From the human T2T-CHM13v2.0 reference genome, Homo sapiens, in NCBI RefSeq assembly GCF_009914755.1, contig NC_060928.1: a DNA stretch of 64,000 bases. One strand, written 5' to 3'. Under the pieces are notes generated by a model. It was given only the letters and a program-made list of their open reading frames with translations. It ran no database searches and was not told the origin of the DNA. Positions 27,680-40,959 of the stretch are shown one piece after another (the first letter of the stretch is position 1; the number at the start of each line of letters is the position of its first letter). Both the position numbers and the translations under genes were made by a program.

Positions 27680-27800
27680 ATCGGCAGACCCAACTTCCTG
27701 CCTTGGCTCTGCCCCTGAAGAGCTGTGTGCCCAAAGGTGTGTCTCCTCAGCACTTTGGGCCTCAGTCTTCTCATCTGATGAGTGAGAAGGTTGGAGTAGC
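27680..27800 (+). mobile_element. MIR
   Basis: ggctctgcccct...agctgtgtg...gggcctcagtcttctcatctg. Confidence 0.65.
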
Positions 27801-27921
27801 TCAGTCATTCTCAGCTCTTTTTAGGGTCTTAAATAGTTGGCAACCACTTGAAATTCAGCTATAGACTCTTCCTTCAGAAAAATGCACACATGATACACAC
27901 ATACACAAGTGATCTCACTAA

Positions 27922-28225
<304 letters not shown>

Positions 28226-28552
28226 TAAGAATTTTAATACATTCATGGATCCCAGTAAGACTAGATGGCTTGGGCTAGTTGATTTTTAAGGTCTGCTTAT
28301 ACTCTAAAATTCTATCATACATCCTCTTTCTGCAAGCATATTAATTTATATCTGCTTATAGTCTCATATGTATGTATACACTTAAGTAGTAGGACACTAT
28401 TTACATTTGTAACAGAAACAATTTATGTTTTGGGAAATCAAAAGAAAAGTTTTACTGGGCTAAGGTCTGAAGTGTGGCTTTAGAAGTAGAGGATAGTGTG
28501 TCTAGAACAGTGCTGTTTAGTACTCACAAATAACAATTAATTTAAAAATGAT

Positions 28553-28862
28553 GCTGGGCGCGATGGCTCACACCTGTAATCCCAGCACCTTGGGAGGCTG
28601 AGACAAGCAGATCACCTGAGGTCAGAAGTTCAAGACCAGCCTGGCCAACATGGCGAAAACCCATCTCTACTAAAAATACAAAAATTAGCCAGGTTTGGTG
28701 GCAGGGGCCTGTAATCCCAGCTATTCAGGAGGCTGAGGCAGGAGAATTGCTTGATTTGTAACCGGGAGGCGGAGGTTGCGGTGAGCCGAGATGTAGTCAT
28801 TGCTCCCCAGCCTGGGCAACAAGAGCGAAAATCCGTCTCAAAACAACAACAACAACAAAAAG
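28553..28862 (+). mobile_element. Full-length Alu (AluSq/Sp) with (AAC)n tail
   Basis: cctgggcaacaagagcgaaa; tail aaaacaacaacaacaacaaaa. Confidence 0.95.
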
Positions 28863-29169
28863 AATTTATTATAAGCATGAATTTCATTTGTCTCCTGTTT
28901 ATGCAATGACTAAAAGTGGTATGTTATTAGGAATAGTCACTGATGGTGACACAGAAATAGAAGTTGGACATTTCTTGTCTGAGAAATAATACCTTAAAAT
29001 GGGTTAATTTAATCCAATTAGTTTTCAGATAGAAATTATTTAATTACTAATGACTTCTGGCTTGTCAGGTTTTGCTGGGTTTTCTCATAGTCTAACCCCA
29101 ATTTAGCTAATCAAGACCCTCTTTTTAAAAATGCCACTTTGCAATGATTTCAGAAACAGAAATAATTAA

Positions 29170-30660
29170 ACACTTGAGTTACCCAAGAATAACCTTAATA
29201 AGAAATGAATAGAAACTACAAGAAGAAAATTAGAGAATCTTTAAAAAAGACTTGAGTGAATGGAGATATAGTTCTTATTCCTGAATGAAGAGACTGCATA
29301 TTGTGAAGAAGTCAACTCTTCCCAGACCATTCTATAGATTTAATATAATTCAAATCAGCATTGCAGAGGGATTCATTTAGGAATTTAATAAATTTTTTAT
29401 AGTTATTCTGGAAAAATAAACTGGGAGGAGAAGCTAAGGAAGCTAAAGAAGGCAATATGAGATGTTAGAACCTACTGTAAAACCAGAATAATGGAATACT
29501 ATGCGAGCGGTGGAAAAACCAATAGTTCAATGCAAGAGAAATGATAGTCCAGAAGGAGATCTTAAGAATTCATTATCTGTTAAAAATATGGGGAAAGGAA
29601 AGATTATGAAATAGACAAGAATAAGGGGGGATATCTGAAGTTAGATTTGCACCTTGCAACTATACCAAAATACATTTCTGAAGAGCATATAATTAAATGT
29701 AAAAAATGAACTCCAAAAACATTTTTAAAAGTCAGTATTTCATGATTTTGGTATAAAGTCTTTCTAAGTATAAAATAATTAGAAGTTACAAGGGAAGAGG
29801 TTAATAGTTTTCATTGCATAAATTTTTAAACTGTACATTAAAAACCCTTAAAAATTAACAAGCAGATTAAAAGCTAGGACAAAATATTGGCATAAATGCA
29901 AATTTATAATATGTAAGTTTTTTAGAAAAAGAAATATATATCCTATTTTTGAAAAATGGGCAACAGACATGAATAGAGACAGTTTATGAATGAAAAATAT
30001 AATTTAGCCAATAATTCTTAACAGATGTTCAGTCTCACTAATGATCATACAAATGCAAATTAAAAGAACAAAATATATTTTTTCACTATTATATTGGAAA
30101 AAAATTAAAATAACAATTCCTAAAGCTGGATAAGATGTGGTAAGGGAGCTCATTCAGTAGGCAAGCATAAATTGATAAGATCTTTCTGGAAACCAATTAT
30201 ACAACACACGTCAAGATCCTAGTTAATAACTTCCAACCCAGAAATTGCTCTTTTAAGAATCTACACTATGAAAACAGTCAGAAATTCCACTGAAGATAGA
30301 TTTAAAAGGATGTTCGTAAACAACAAAAGGTAAACAACTAAAATGTTCAACAATAGGTGACAGATTAAATTTTAAATAATTTATGGGAAAATTATGCAGG
30401 CATTAAAAATCAGGTTTTATAAAGAATGTTAAATGACCAAAAACCTCAATAATATAGGTGAACAAAGTAGGATACAAAACCAAATGCTGTTGGATTTAAT
30501 GCTGTCTAAATCAAGACATTATATTTGTCTCATATGCATAGAAATTAACTAGTATGCATCACTTCCAAATGATACAGAGAGATCATCTTGAATGGTAGGA
30601 TTATGCATGATTTTAAAAACACATCAGGTGCATAGTTCTTTAAATTTCTAAAATAAACAG
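29170..30660 (+). mobile_element. Old L1 (L1ME-like) ORF2 C-terminus and 3' UTR, decayed
   Basis: aaaagacttgagtgaatggagatatag...agactgcatattgtgaagaagtcaactcttccc...tatagatttaat corresponds to L1 ORF2 KEDLNKWKDIPCSW...RLNIVKM; also aaaaatgggcaacagacatgaataga. Confidence 0.85.
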
Positions 30661-30769
30661 ACTTTTTAGGCTTAAAATATTATGTAAAAAGGAATTTGTT
30701 AAAATTCACCACAATAATTTAAAGAGACAATATACGTTCAGTGGCAAACTAAATTAGCTGTGTCATCAC

Positions 30770-30940
30770 CTGGCTTCTATTCCAGTTTCTGCCACTTGTT
30801 GGCTCTATGACCCTAAATAAGCCATTTATCGTTCTCTAAACTTTGGTTTCTTCAGCTTAAAAATAACAACTGACAAGACTTGCCATTCGGAAAGCTGCTT
30901 TGCAAACTGTAAAGTATCATATGCATATACGCTATTATTT
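30770..30940 (+). mobile_element. MIR/MIR3
   Basis: ttccagtttctgccacttgttggctctatgacc...ctttggtttcttcagc...tgcaaactgtaaagt. Confidence 0.6.
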
Positions 30941-31441
30941 TGTGTGTGTGTGTGTGTGTATGTCTGAGTTTAGAACTCCAACCTAAGTGGACCTTATAGA
31001 TTAAAGCAAAAATCTACTAACCCATACCTGAAAGCCTCGATTCGGAATTACCTTAAACCCTGCACTTGTTTAGCCATATGCAGGAGCCATCTTTGGTTCA
31101 GTACACCTACACATGCCGGCCTGTTAACAACTGGCTTGGTAGCCAAGAGAGGAATGACAAATTACATCCAAGGCTATGCGTGGGGCAGATGGGAGAAAGA
31201 TCAAACCAAGGATGGCCTGAGCTCAGACTCCATAGGATACCTCAAGGGAGCATACACGTACCCTAAAACAGTCCGTGCCTCAGTGGCAGAAGAGCCTTGT
31301 GGTGGAAAACACACTGCTTTTACACGTGAGCTACACTGGGAGGAACACAGTTCTTTGCCAACCCTTGTTTGCTCTCCTTTTGAAGTTAGATCACTGGTGT
31401 CAAATAAGTTGGGAAAGAAATAAAGAAGGTTGACTTTATTA

Positions 31442-31528
31442 TTAGCTTGACAAAGCTAATAGCCCATACATGATACACTCCAATTGTTAGCTTGACAAAG
31501 CCTATAGCCCATACATGATACACTCCAA
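31442..31528. repeat. 45-bp tandem duplication (2 copies)
   Basis: ttagcttgacaaagc(ta/ct)atagcccatacatgatacactccaa at 31442 and 31487. Confidence 0.95.
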
Positions 31529-32481
31529 ATTTGATATATTTTCTTATCAAACAAAACAAAATGACAGTGAATTTTAGCTTAGCAAGTTGCATGTTCAACA
31601 GCAGCACTGATTCATAGCCAGGGCTGTTCTATAATCAGGACTGAAGAGTGGAGTGGGGAAAGGTACACTCCTCCATTCATATTCGGCTCTTCCTTCCCTT
31701 CACTTTCTCTTCTCTATCCACGGGCACAATGCTGAGAACAGCTATAACTTGCAGTGTGTGGAGAGGGATGAGGCATTCATCTGTCAGACAAGCTATCCAA
31801 TTTTTCTGACTTTTCCAGCTATTTTCATAACATAACAGTGAGCTCAACTTATCCATCATTCATTCATCCATCTATCCATTCATGTATTCATTCATCCATC
31901 CATTCATTCTTCAAACAACTGTGTGTGCCTGGGGGAGCCCCCCACCAACATCACTGGTGGCCTCAATATTTTCAATGAACACACATCAGCCTACAAGTGA
32001 AGGGTGTATATCACCGGCCTGTGGCCAACCGCTGCAGGCACCATACCACTTCTAAGTCCTGTTATTTGATTATCACCAGCTTTATTGGCCACAGAGGGGA
32101 AGGGATATTATAGCTTTGTGGCTTTTCAGAGTTCGGTCCTTAGTGAACTGCCAAGCCTCAGCAGCAACTCCCAGATCACAGGATGGGGGATTTTTATGAC
32201 CACATCTCAGTTCTCACCAGAAAAGGCAAAAAGGAGGAAGCAGGTGACACATTATAGGATACACAGCAATGGATAAGCCTAACAAAGCCAGTCACTGCCA
32301 TTCCCCCTCTTACCTTTGTGTTCTCTCCCTCCCACATTTCCTGTCAACTCTCCCAACATCCCCTCCCAAACTGTACTCAGAATAATTTACACGGCCTCAA
32401 TCTCAAAGAGAAGGAAACATAAGCTGTTTATGATATTCCGTATTATGCTTTCGAAAAATATACATGGCTCACTGAGCTTAC

Positions 32482-32700
32482 CCCAGTGTGAGCAACTCCT
32501 CTCAGCGATCCCTGAGACAAGGGGTGTGCGTGTGGGTGAATGTACACATGTGTGAGACCAGCTAGTGGCAGTGGCACAGGGTGTGTTTGTGAGTGTGCAT
32601 GTGTGTGTGTGTTTATGAGAGAGAGAAAGAAAGAATGTCGGTGTGTGACTCCCCCACTCACTCTTTGGAGCCTGAGAGGCTCTCCTTTCTCAGAGCAATT
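32482..32700 (-). other. Candidate non-coding alternative first exon
   Basis: Minus-strand donor CTGGG|GTAAGC at 32481, preceded by CA/CT-rich 5'UTR-like sequence in a repeat-free island; 5' end unknown. Confidence 0.45.
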
Positions 32701-33517
32701 ACTACAAATGATTTATGTGACCAGTCAAAAGGGCCTGCCAGGGTTCTTATTTCATCTCCAGAAAAAGGAACTCTGCTGGAATGTTATCAGGGAGCTTGGG
32801 ATTAAACTGACAGCTGCCTTTTGTTTTCCCTGTGAAAGAGCTTCTCCTTTGGACTGTGGCATTTGGTTTCTACACAGACAGCCAGAACTTAAGGTAGGCA
32901 AAGACTAGCTAGACAAGGGCCACAAGAGAAGGGAAACATTTTTAAATGGGGAAGGAGAGGTTTCTTTCTTTCCTTCCCTTCTGTATTTATCTTGAGAGGA
33001 TGTGCTCTTAGCTGCTGATTTTAGGAGGCAGCCTAGCTTATGCGGGATTGGAATATTGTTTATTTTTTCACTGTACAGAAGCAGCCACAGCACCACACCT
33101 CTACCCTCTGTTACCCATGCTTATTTTGCTAGAGAGAAAACAAAGGCCCCTTCCAACGTAGCTTATGGAGATGTGACCCTGGTCCCCACCCTCTGCTAGA
33201 TTGTGCACCGGCACACGTCAGTCACGGGGCCTGGGGCGGGAAACAAGGCAGGATGGGAAACAGTCCATCGTAAGTACAGGCAGGAAAACTCTGTGGACCC
33301 AAAACCACGGAAACCATATGTGTTCTCACCCTCTGAGACCCAAACTCTAACAGAGCATTGTTGTTTTCATAAATACTCAGCTGCAGGCTTGGCTGGCCAT
33401 AACCCACCCCACATGTGAGCCCCCACCTTCCTGACTCCCACCTGGTTTGCTGTGTGAAGAAAGCACAGGGGTGGTCAGTTGTTGGGCTGATTAAAGAAAT
33501 ACACATTTATACCTGCA

Positions 33518-33520
<3 letters not shown>

Positions 33521-33554
<34 letters not shown>
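33521..33554. repeat. (AC)17 microsatellite
   Basis: Perfect AC run. Confidence 0.97.
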
Positions 33555-33557
<3 letters not shown>

Positions 33558-33829
33558 TGCTCCAGTGACTGCATAATAAAGCTTTGTAGATGAATAATGG
33601 TAAATACAAATTGAGGAACCTCTCAAGGGATCAAGAGAAGAGTTTAGTAAAGAGAGGTTGTGGGTGGATAGTTATAAAGGGAAGAGAAATAAAGAAAGAC
33701 ATGGACTGTAAAATCATCTTTATAGTCTTATATTCAGACATTCTAGCGAAAAATACATTTTTTTTGACTTGTGATTTCCAAATTTCATTTTTCCTAATGC
33801 TTTGCCAAGAGGTATCATGCAATATGTAA

Positions 33830-34144
<315 letters not shown>

Positions 34145-34422
34145 TAAAATTAATTTTTATCAATATATATCTGTACAGGTCTTCACAGCATATGATACTG
34201 TGGTGTGTTCAGAAATCAGAGCACAGAGGGATCTGTGAGTGATCACAGAAGGATCCCAGAGAAGGAAACTAACACTTATGGAGGGCACATTATGTGTCAG
34301 GTATATATCTTCTAAATATTTTCCCCTTTATTCTTCTCTACAACTCTATGTGGTAGGTTTTTTATTCTCACTTTATAGTTAGGGTTATAAAAATCAAGTG
34401 AATTTAAATAATTTGTTGCCTA

Positions 34423-34886
34423 CTGTGGTAGACACCACTGGCTGCCTAGCTAATATTCCTTCTCTTCAGTAGAATCCTGATTGTACTTGAGGAGGGATTT
34501 TCCTGCCTCCCTTGCAGCTAGGGATGGCTGTGTAACACAGTTCCAGCCAATGAGATGTCTATAGAAGTATGCTGGGAATTTGTGACTGGCCCTGCCCTTT
34601 TCTTCTGTTGTTTTCTTCATTTTCCTCTGGCCTGGAGCACAGACGTAAGGCCAGCAGTGAAGATGTCATTCTGTGACCTTGAGATAACAAGCATGAGGAT
34701 AAAAGCCATGCATTGGGTAGGAAGACAGAAGGAGATATGAAATAACTGACATTGTGCATCAGTTACATTTCCTCTCATCTGCCTGTGTCTGGCTTCTTAT
34801 TACATGAGGAAAATGAAACTTTTTAAAACTTACGCCACTGTTATAGAGTGCTTCTAACATATAAACAAAGCAATCTGAACTGATAC
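34423..34886 (+). mobile_element. Old MLT1 (J/I-type) solo LTR inserted in a minus-strand MIR
   Basis: cctcccttgcagctagggatggc...ccagccaatgagatgt...gccactgtta...ctgatac; MIR pieces at 34270-34420 and 34890-34930. Confidence 0.75.
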
Positions 34887-35634
34887 CCTATTACAGGGCA
34901 GAGCTGGAATTTGAACCTAAATTTAATTTACTAAGGGCCTCCATCATCCTGTGTTTCCAGAGTGCACACAGTCTAGAAAAGCCTTGGACAAGGGGGTGAG
35001 TGTGGGCTGGTCTCTTCAGCCCATGGCTTGAGTACTATTAGCTACTTAGGCTGCTCTGGAGTTACGGTCTGGATCTCAGGTCAGAATCCAGGGAATTGGT
35101 TGGTTCTGATCTGTGAATTTTAGACAACTTACTGGTGAACCAGGGAAACCTGACTTAGGTTTCCTGGGATAGTTCTAGAATCACATTGCATTTCTTAATT
35201 CTGAGGCAGACCCGTATTACTATGGCAGCTCCAAGTGGAAATATTCCAGAATGAAGGACTTGCCAAGTAACCTGACAATTTTATTTTGATGCACATAGAT
35301 GGTAAAGGTATTTCTTAGACATAAAGGGTCAGATCATAGATTGCAGTTAAACATTGAGGACTGAATACATGTTTATCTCCATTTCTTTTCTACTTTACTT
35401 CTCACACTCCACAAAAATGACAAAAGACAGAATTTTCTGAAAAGCAAAACTCTACATATTAAGTGTCAGAGAGGAGACAAAAACATATATGAAGTGTTAA
35501 CATAATTTTGGGAACTAGAAAGTGGATGAATGTGTGGTAACTAATTCAGTAGAGCAGGAAAAGCTGAAATTAAAACGTTCAGTGGGGGAAAGCCAAGGAG
35601 AAGTTAGCTAATGTATGTTAATAATCTTAAAGAG

Positions 35635-35912
35635 GTGCCAGGCATGGTGGCTCACACCTATAATCCTAACATTTTGGGAAGCTGAGGAGGGAGGATCACC
35701 AGGAGTTAGAGACCAGCCTGGCAACAGAGCTAGACCCTGTCTCTACAAAAAATTACAAAACTAGCTGGGTGTGGTGGCATGCACCTGTAGTCCTAGCTAC
35801 TCAGAAGGCTGAGGCAAGAAGATCACTTGAGCCCAGGTCAAAGCTGTAGTGAGCTATGGTTGTGCTACTGCACTCTATCCACCAGAGCAAGACTCTGTCT
35901 CAAAAAAAAGAA
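35635..35912 (+). mobile_element. AluJ with small deletions, nested in HAL1
   Basis: Dimeric Alu; TSD aatcttaaagag. Confidence 0.9.
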
Positions 35913-37669
35913 AATCTTAAAGAGTCTAGGAATTGGAGGCACTAGGTACCTCTGATGATGAAGGTGCACATGGGGCTAAAACACAGTACGATTAGCTGAA
36001 ATTCTGTATTAGAAGTCGTAGACCCTGAGACCTTCTCCCTCATCCCTCATTCCGTGCATAGTACATGGCCATCCTACTTTTCCCTCTCCACCCTAAAAGG
36101 GTTGGTGGTTTTACTCTTTGAAAAAGTAGAAACAGAGAGTTCTGGCACAAGGACACAAAGCGCAGTTGAAGTTGGGAGTGCTGTAATAGAAATGGGAATT
36201 AAGTGGAAATCTACAATTCAGTGGTCGGATAATCTTACCTCACTCCAAACCTGTCTGGCACTTGGCTTCAAGAACACTGGCAGCCACTGGCAGCCAGTCT
36301 TACAACTTCTAGACAGAAGCCCAGTAGACTCCTATCTAGGGAAATTAACCAGCCTATGAGGAATGACTAACAGATCTTGGATTCCCCACAGCTGGGTTTC
36401 AGGCCAATCACTGCCGCTTGAGAGTCCTTATGAAAACACAGGGCTCCAAGTTAGGCTGTTAGTATCTTACTCTTCACAATGAAGGTACAGGTAAAGATTG
36501 CCACACATTTAAGGAAAGCCTCTAATATAAAATGCAGACTCCGAATAAATAAATACAGAGAAGAGAGAAAGTAGAAAATAAAAGCAACAGAACATTTAAA
36601 AAATCTCTAATATATTCTCAGAAATGTAAAAAAAAAAAAAAAAAGGGGAGAACCTATGAGTTAAGAATAGGATGGCATAAAAATAAACATTTAGAAAATT
36701 AAAATAAAACTCTTATAAATTAGAAATATAGTAATAGGAATAATATTAAAGGGTGGGAAGGTTAGGTTAAAAACATCTTTCAAAAATAGAACAAAAGTAA
36801 AAAATATGAAAAATAGAAAAGAAAAAGATAAGAAAATAGGGATTCAGTCCAAAAGGTACAAGATCCAAATAACAGGAGTTACAGAAACGAGAAGAAAAAA
36901 TAGAGTAGAGAACATCATAAAATTATCAATGAAATCATAAAAGAAACTTTCACAGAACTGAAGGACATGAACTTTCAGGTTGAAAGGCCCAGAAAATTCC
37001 CTGAACAATGGGTGCAAAAAGGGCCACAGCAGGGAACACCACTGTGAAATTTCAGAAAGCTAAAAATAAAAGAGATCCTAAATGTTTCCAAAAGTGGGAA
37101 TTAGAATGGCAGTGGACTTTTTGGTGGCAACCTTGGAAGCAAGAAGAAAATGCATGAAGCGCTTCAAAATTCCTCCTGAAAGTTATTTACAGCCTAGAAT
37201 CCTCTATTTGGTCAGACATGTGAACAGAATAAAGCTATTTTCATACATGCAAGGCCCCAAATTTTACTTCTCATGTACCCTTTCTCAGGCAGTGATCAGA
37301 GAATACATTCCACTGAAATGGGGACTAAACCAAGCCAGAGAAGACTTGGAATCCATGAACTGGGTCCCCACAGGATCAAGGTGAAGCAAAGGCTCGGGGT
37401 GCCGGCTCTGCAGCCATCCAGACAGGGGCCAAAGGATGCAGGACTCCAGAAGGAAGGATCCCAGAAAGAAAAAGAAATGGATTGATTACCTGATGTTTGC
37501 AAATGTATTGAGAGAAGATTCACCCTTCTGATGAAGACTCTGTGAATGATTTCAGGACAGGACCACAAAAAACTGAGCAAGGAAATAAGGAAACAGAGCC
37601 AGTAACTGCAGAAAAAGCAAAAGTGGCAACAGAAATGTCATCAAAGCCCAACATGCAGCTAGCTACAGT

Positions 37670-37678
37670 ACACAAACA

Positions 37679-37711
<33 letters not shown>
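37670..37711. repeat. (AC)n microsatellite
   Basis: About 15 perfect AC units plus acacaa variants. Confidence 0.95.
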
Positions 37712-37715
<4 letters not shown>

Positions 37716-38984
37716 TGATGATTTCACCAAAAGTTGTGATATATCAATAAGTAGGAAGATGGAAGAAGAGGAAGCGTATCTGAGAGGCAGAAAGAGAACT
37801 GTGGGTAGGTCTCCCTGTTCCATGGTAGAAAGTCGATAAGTAGTATCTAAAACATAATAATCAAGAGATAACTGCAGAAACACGTTATTTAGAAGTACAG
37901 ATTCATACTAGAAGAAGTAGCTAAAAATTTGTAAAGCTTTGGAGAGCAGAAATCAGGATGGCGATGATGCTTCCTATCATATAAGGCTTATGCCTTACAG
38001 AACTCTGTGATCTCAAGTTATGTAACTACTAGCTGGCTAAAGATACTGACTAAAAAACAAAACAGCCAACTAGTTATCCCTGAACACCTAATCAGACTGA
38101 AGGTGACTCGAGTGTGTTTAATTCCCTCAGGCTTTGGAAGCCATCCCGAGAGGGTTTCCTGTCACGGGGGACGATTTCAAAACTCCCAGCACTGCTTCCC
38201 ACAGATCTGTGCCCAAGCTTCTCTTGATTTGTGGCTGCTGTGTAGATATGAACGAACTGTAATGAACTGTGTGGTTCAGATACTTTTTGGTACAGCTACG
38301 ATAGCTGAAAGGTGGGTAACACCCTCCCCCCACCACCAAGACTTGGTAGGCAATGCTGATAATGTAGTTTCTGGGGCACACAGTGGCTGGGAGTTTTCTG
38401 GGGACCTTCCAAATCCTACCTGCATCTGAGCTTTGTGACCCTCCCTTTGGATTCTTGCCAAAATAGTCCAGCAACTGCTCTTCCTTCCCACACCCAGTAA
38501 AGAGCGTAGGGCTGGAGGAACCTGGGCAACGGAAGACAAAGGGAATTTTCTACAGAGAGTTTTATATGCTATTTCCATGGCTGTGCTATAGAAATGAAAG
38601 AGTATCATTAGGGTTTAGAGTCTAATGAGGCAGCATTAGATAGGCCAAGGAAAAGTCACTCTATGTAAAATATAATTATCTGGAGAAGAAAAGTGAGTGT
38701 ACTTGGATTTAGACCACATGAGAGCCAAAACCTAATTTTGATGAGAAACTAAAATTCTGGCTATGCAAAAGGCAGACTAGGAAGCTAGAAAGCCCGACTT
38801 ATGAATAAAAGACAAATAGGTCTGTTCTGGAACTTGGTGTCCACTTAGTATCCATAACATGGATGGTTTGTAAATTCAGGAATAAGGGAAGGTAAGATCC
38901 TGAAGTGTACTGTGCTTGCTAAAAGAAACTGTTTTCAGGAATGAATCATTTCTCTTACAACAGGTAAATATGGCCTGCTGAATA

Positions 38985-39230
38985 ATAATAGCCCACATTC
39001 ATTCAGAGCTTATTATGTGCTAGGCACTTTAAAGTGCTTTATAAATACTAGCTTATTTAATCCTTAAAACAATTTTATGAGATATGGACTATGACATTTG
39101 CGTGAGAGGTAAAAGTTTCTATTTTATAAAAGAAAAGACACAAAGAAATTAAGTAATTTGCTCAAGATTACAGATAATAACTGGCAGAAAGGAATTCAAA
39201 TCTGGGCTCCAAAAGCCCAGGTTCTTAATA
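38985..39230 (-). mobile_element. MIR
   Basis: ttattatgtgctaggcact...ttatttaatcct...attaagtaatttgctcaagattacag...ggaattcaaatctgg. Confidence 0.8.
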
Positions 39231-39699
39231 GATCTATCTCCATCAATTATAAAATTAATACAATGATCAGTATGCAGAGGCCTAGGCAGAATAAGATATT
39301 CTGCATTCATGGTGCATTTTTTAAAGGTACTACTACTACTACTTTGTGTTTAGTATATACTTCAGATTCCAGTTCAGGTTTCCAGAACTCAACTGGGACA
39401 AAGTTAAAAGTTTTAGTTCAAAACTGAAGTTTCCTCTGAAGACGAGTTTCAGAAATCAGATCCTGGCTCCCTGCCTTGCCTACAATTCATCTTAGACCTC
39501 AGGAGATAAACACCAGCTTGAGCAGTAACACAGCAACAATACGGACGACGATGAGCATAATAAATAATACTTCTAACGCTTGAACCCTTGTGCTACCAGG
39601 AAAAAAAATAAAACACTCATTGTGTCGAATGGTAGAAATATCACATCTGTGCATATATTCACCCCAGCTCCAATATAATTCTAAGACTGCCAAGCTCTG

Positions 39700-40060
39700 A
39701 GACCTAGAAATGGTGAGTCAGTCAGGAGGGGAGGAAGAGAGGGGAGTGCGAAGATAAAAATAGAGATGTTGATTGCATTGTTACTAATTCAGTTTAGCTC
39801 CAACAGCCCAGCGTGGTGAGTCAACAGCAGTGACAAGACACAAAGAAGAAAGAAGCACCGTGCTCTGAGGGGCTGAGCGGAGGGGATGCAGACGGTCACA
39901 TCAGTAACTTCATGCCAAAATGAAACCCGCAGCATCGAGGCTGTGGTGTGAGTTCAAAAACAAACAAGTGAAAGTGCCGAGGGATAAAATGGGCTGAAAT
40001 CGATGAGCAGCAGTGCGGCCGACCCTCTGGTAAAAAGCTGCCTTTTGTAAGAATCCCCTG
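39700..40060. promoter_or_regulatory. Candidate enhancer with two AP-1 sites
   Basis: TGAGTCA at 39714 and 39817, CpG-enriched unique sequence, FOX-like aaacaaaca near 39960. Confidence 0.45.
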
Positions 40061-40959
40061 ATTGTGGGGGATGGGGCCTGCAGATCGTGAGCTTAGAGGC
40101 CAACTTACACCATTCGAACAGAGTATTGTTTTCTCTGGGGTATAAGGCTTACTGTGATTCCAGACGTGTCGCCATGGCAGCGGTGGGGGAGGGAGAGAGG
40201 AAAGGAGGAACAGACGGGGGTCACCAAGGTCCTAATTCTCATGCAAGGGCCCCCACGGCTCAGCCCTGTCTCCCTGAGAAGTCCAGTGTTGTGCTGCATC
40301 TTCTTTCAAGACACCACTGATGTCAATCCAGTTCAATTTAATAGATCTCGAGTGCCTACTAAGTGTAGGTCTTTCACTTCTAATTAACATTAGCATCTGT
40401 TAAAATACCTAACCTCTGCTTGGTTCTAGAAAACTAAAAGGGAGAAAAAGACCTAGATTCCACGCTCTCAACATTTATCTTGTCCTATTCCCAGACTGTG
40501 TGGCTATACAGGTTAAAGATACATAGCCACACGGAGGGAATATAATGAATGGATGTATGTGAATGTGCTAGTCATTCCTAAATGCTAACTTTATATTACA
40601 ATTAGAAAGAATGAGAGTCCTTTTGCATTCTTAGAGTCTACTGTGATGGTCTTCCTCCTTCTAGTTTGTCGCCTGTGTACAACACAGGCTAGGTGCTAGG
40701 CGACCCTTCTGAAACATACCTCTGCCATGATGTCACTCTGACTACCTTCAATGGTGATCCAACACCATTAGCTTGGAAATCAAGATCTGCCATAGCTGGT
40801 TCTGATCCTATCTACCAGTCTTCCTCTTCTGTTGTTCAAATGCTTCTATGTACTTAGAAGGGTGTAATAGGTAGAGTGAATGGATGGATGGATGGATGAA
40901 TCATAAAACAGACAAACAAACATCAAAAAACTCACTTCCATCTCCATTTGTTGGCTCAG

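Larger units (their letters stand above)
35330..37980 (+). mobile_element. HAL1-like (ORF1-only L1 relative) relic
   Basis: 37082-37384 frame gives IRMAVDFLVATLEARRKC...LQPRILY, homologous to the L1 ORF1p C-terminal IRLTADLSAETLQARREW...FQPRISY. It is followed by HAL1-type aaaccaagccagagaagacttggaatcca and no ORF2. Boundaries approximate. Confidence 0.7.

Noticed and set aside
31442-31528. CRISPR-like repeat
   Set aside because: Two adjacent copies with no unique spacer, in eukaryotic DNA with no cas genes
32556-32575. CTCF-like ccagctagtggcagt
   Set aside because: Mismatches at the core AG positions; not supportable without a PWM scan or ChIP data
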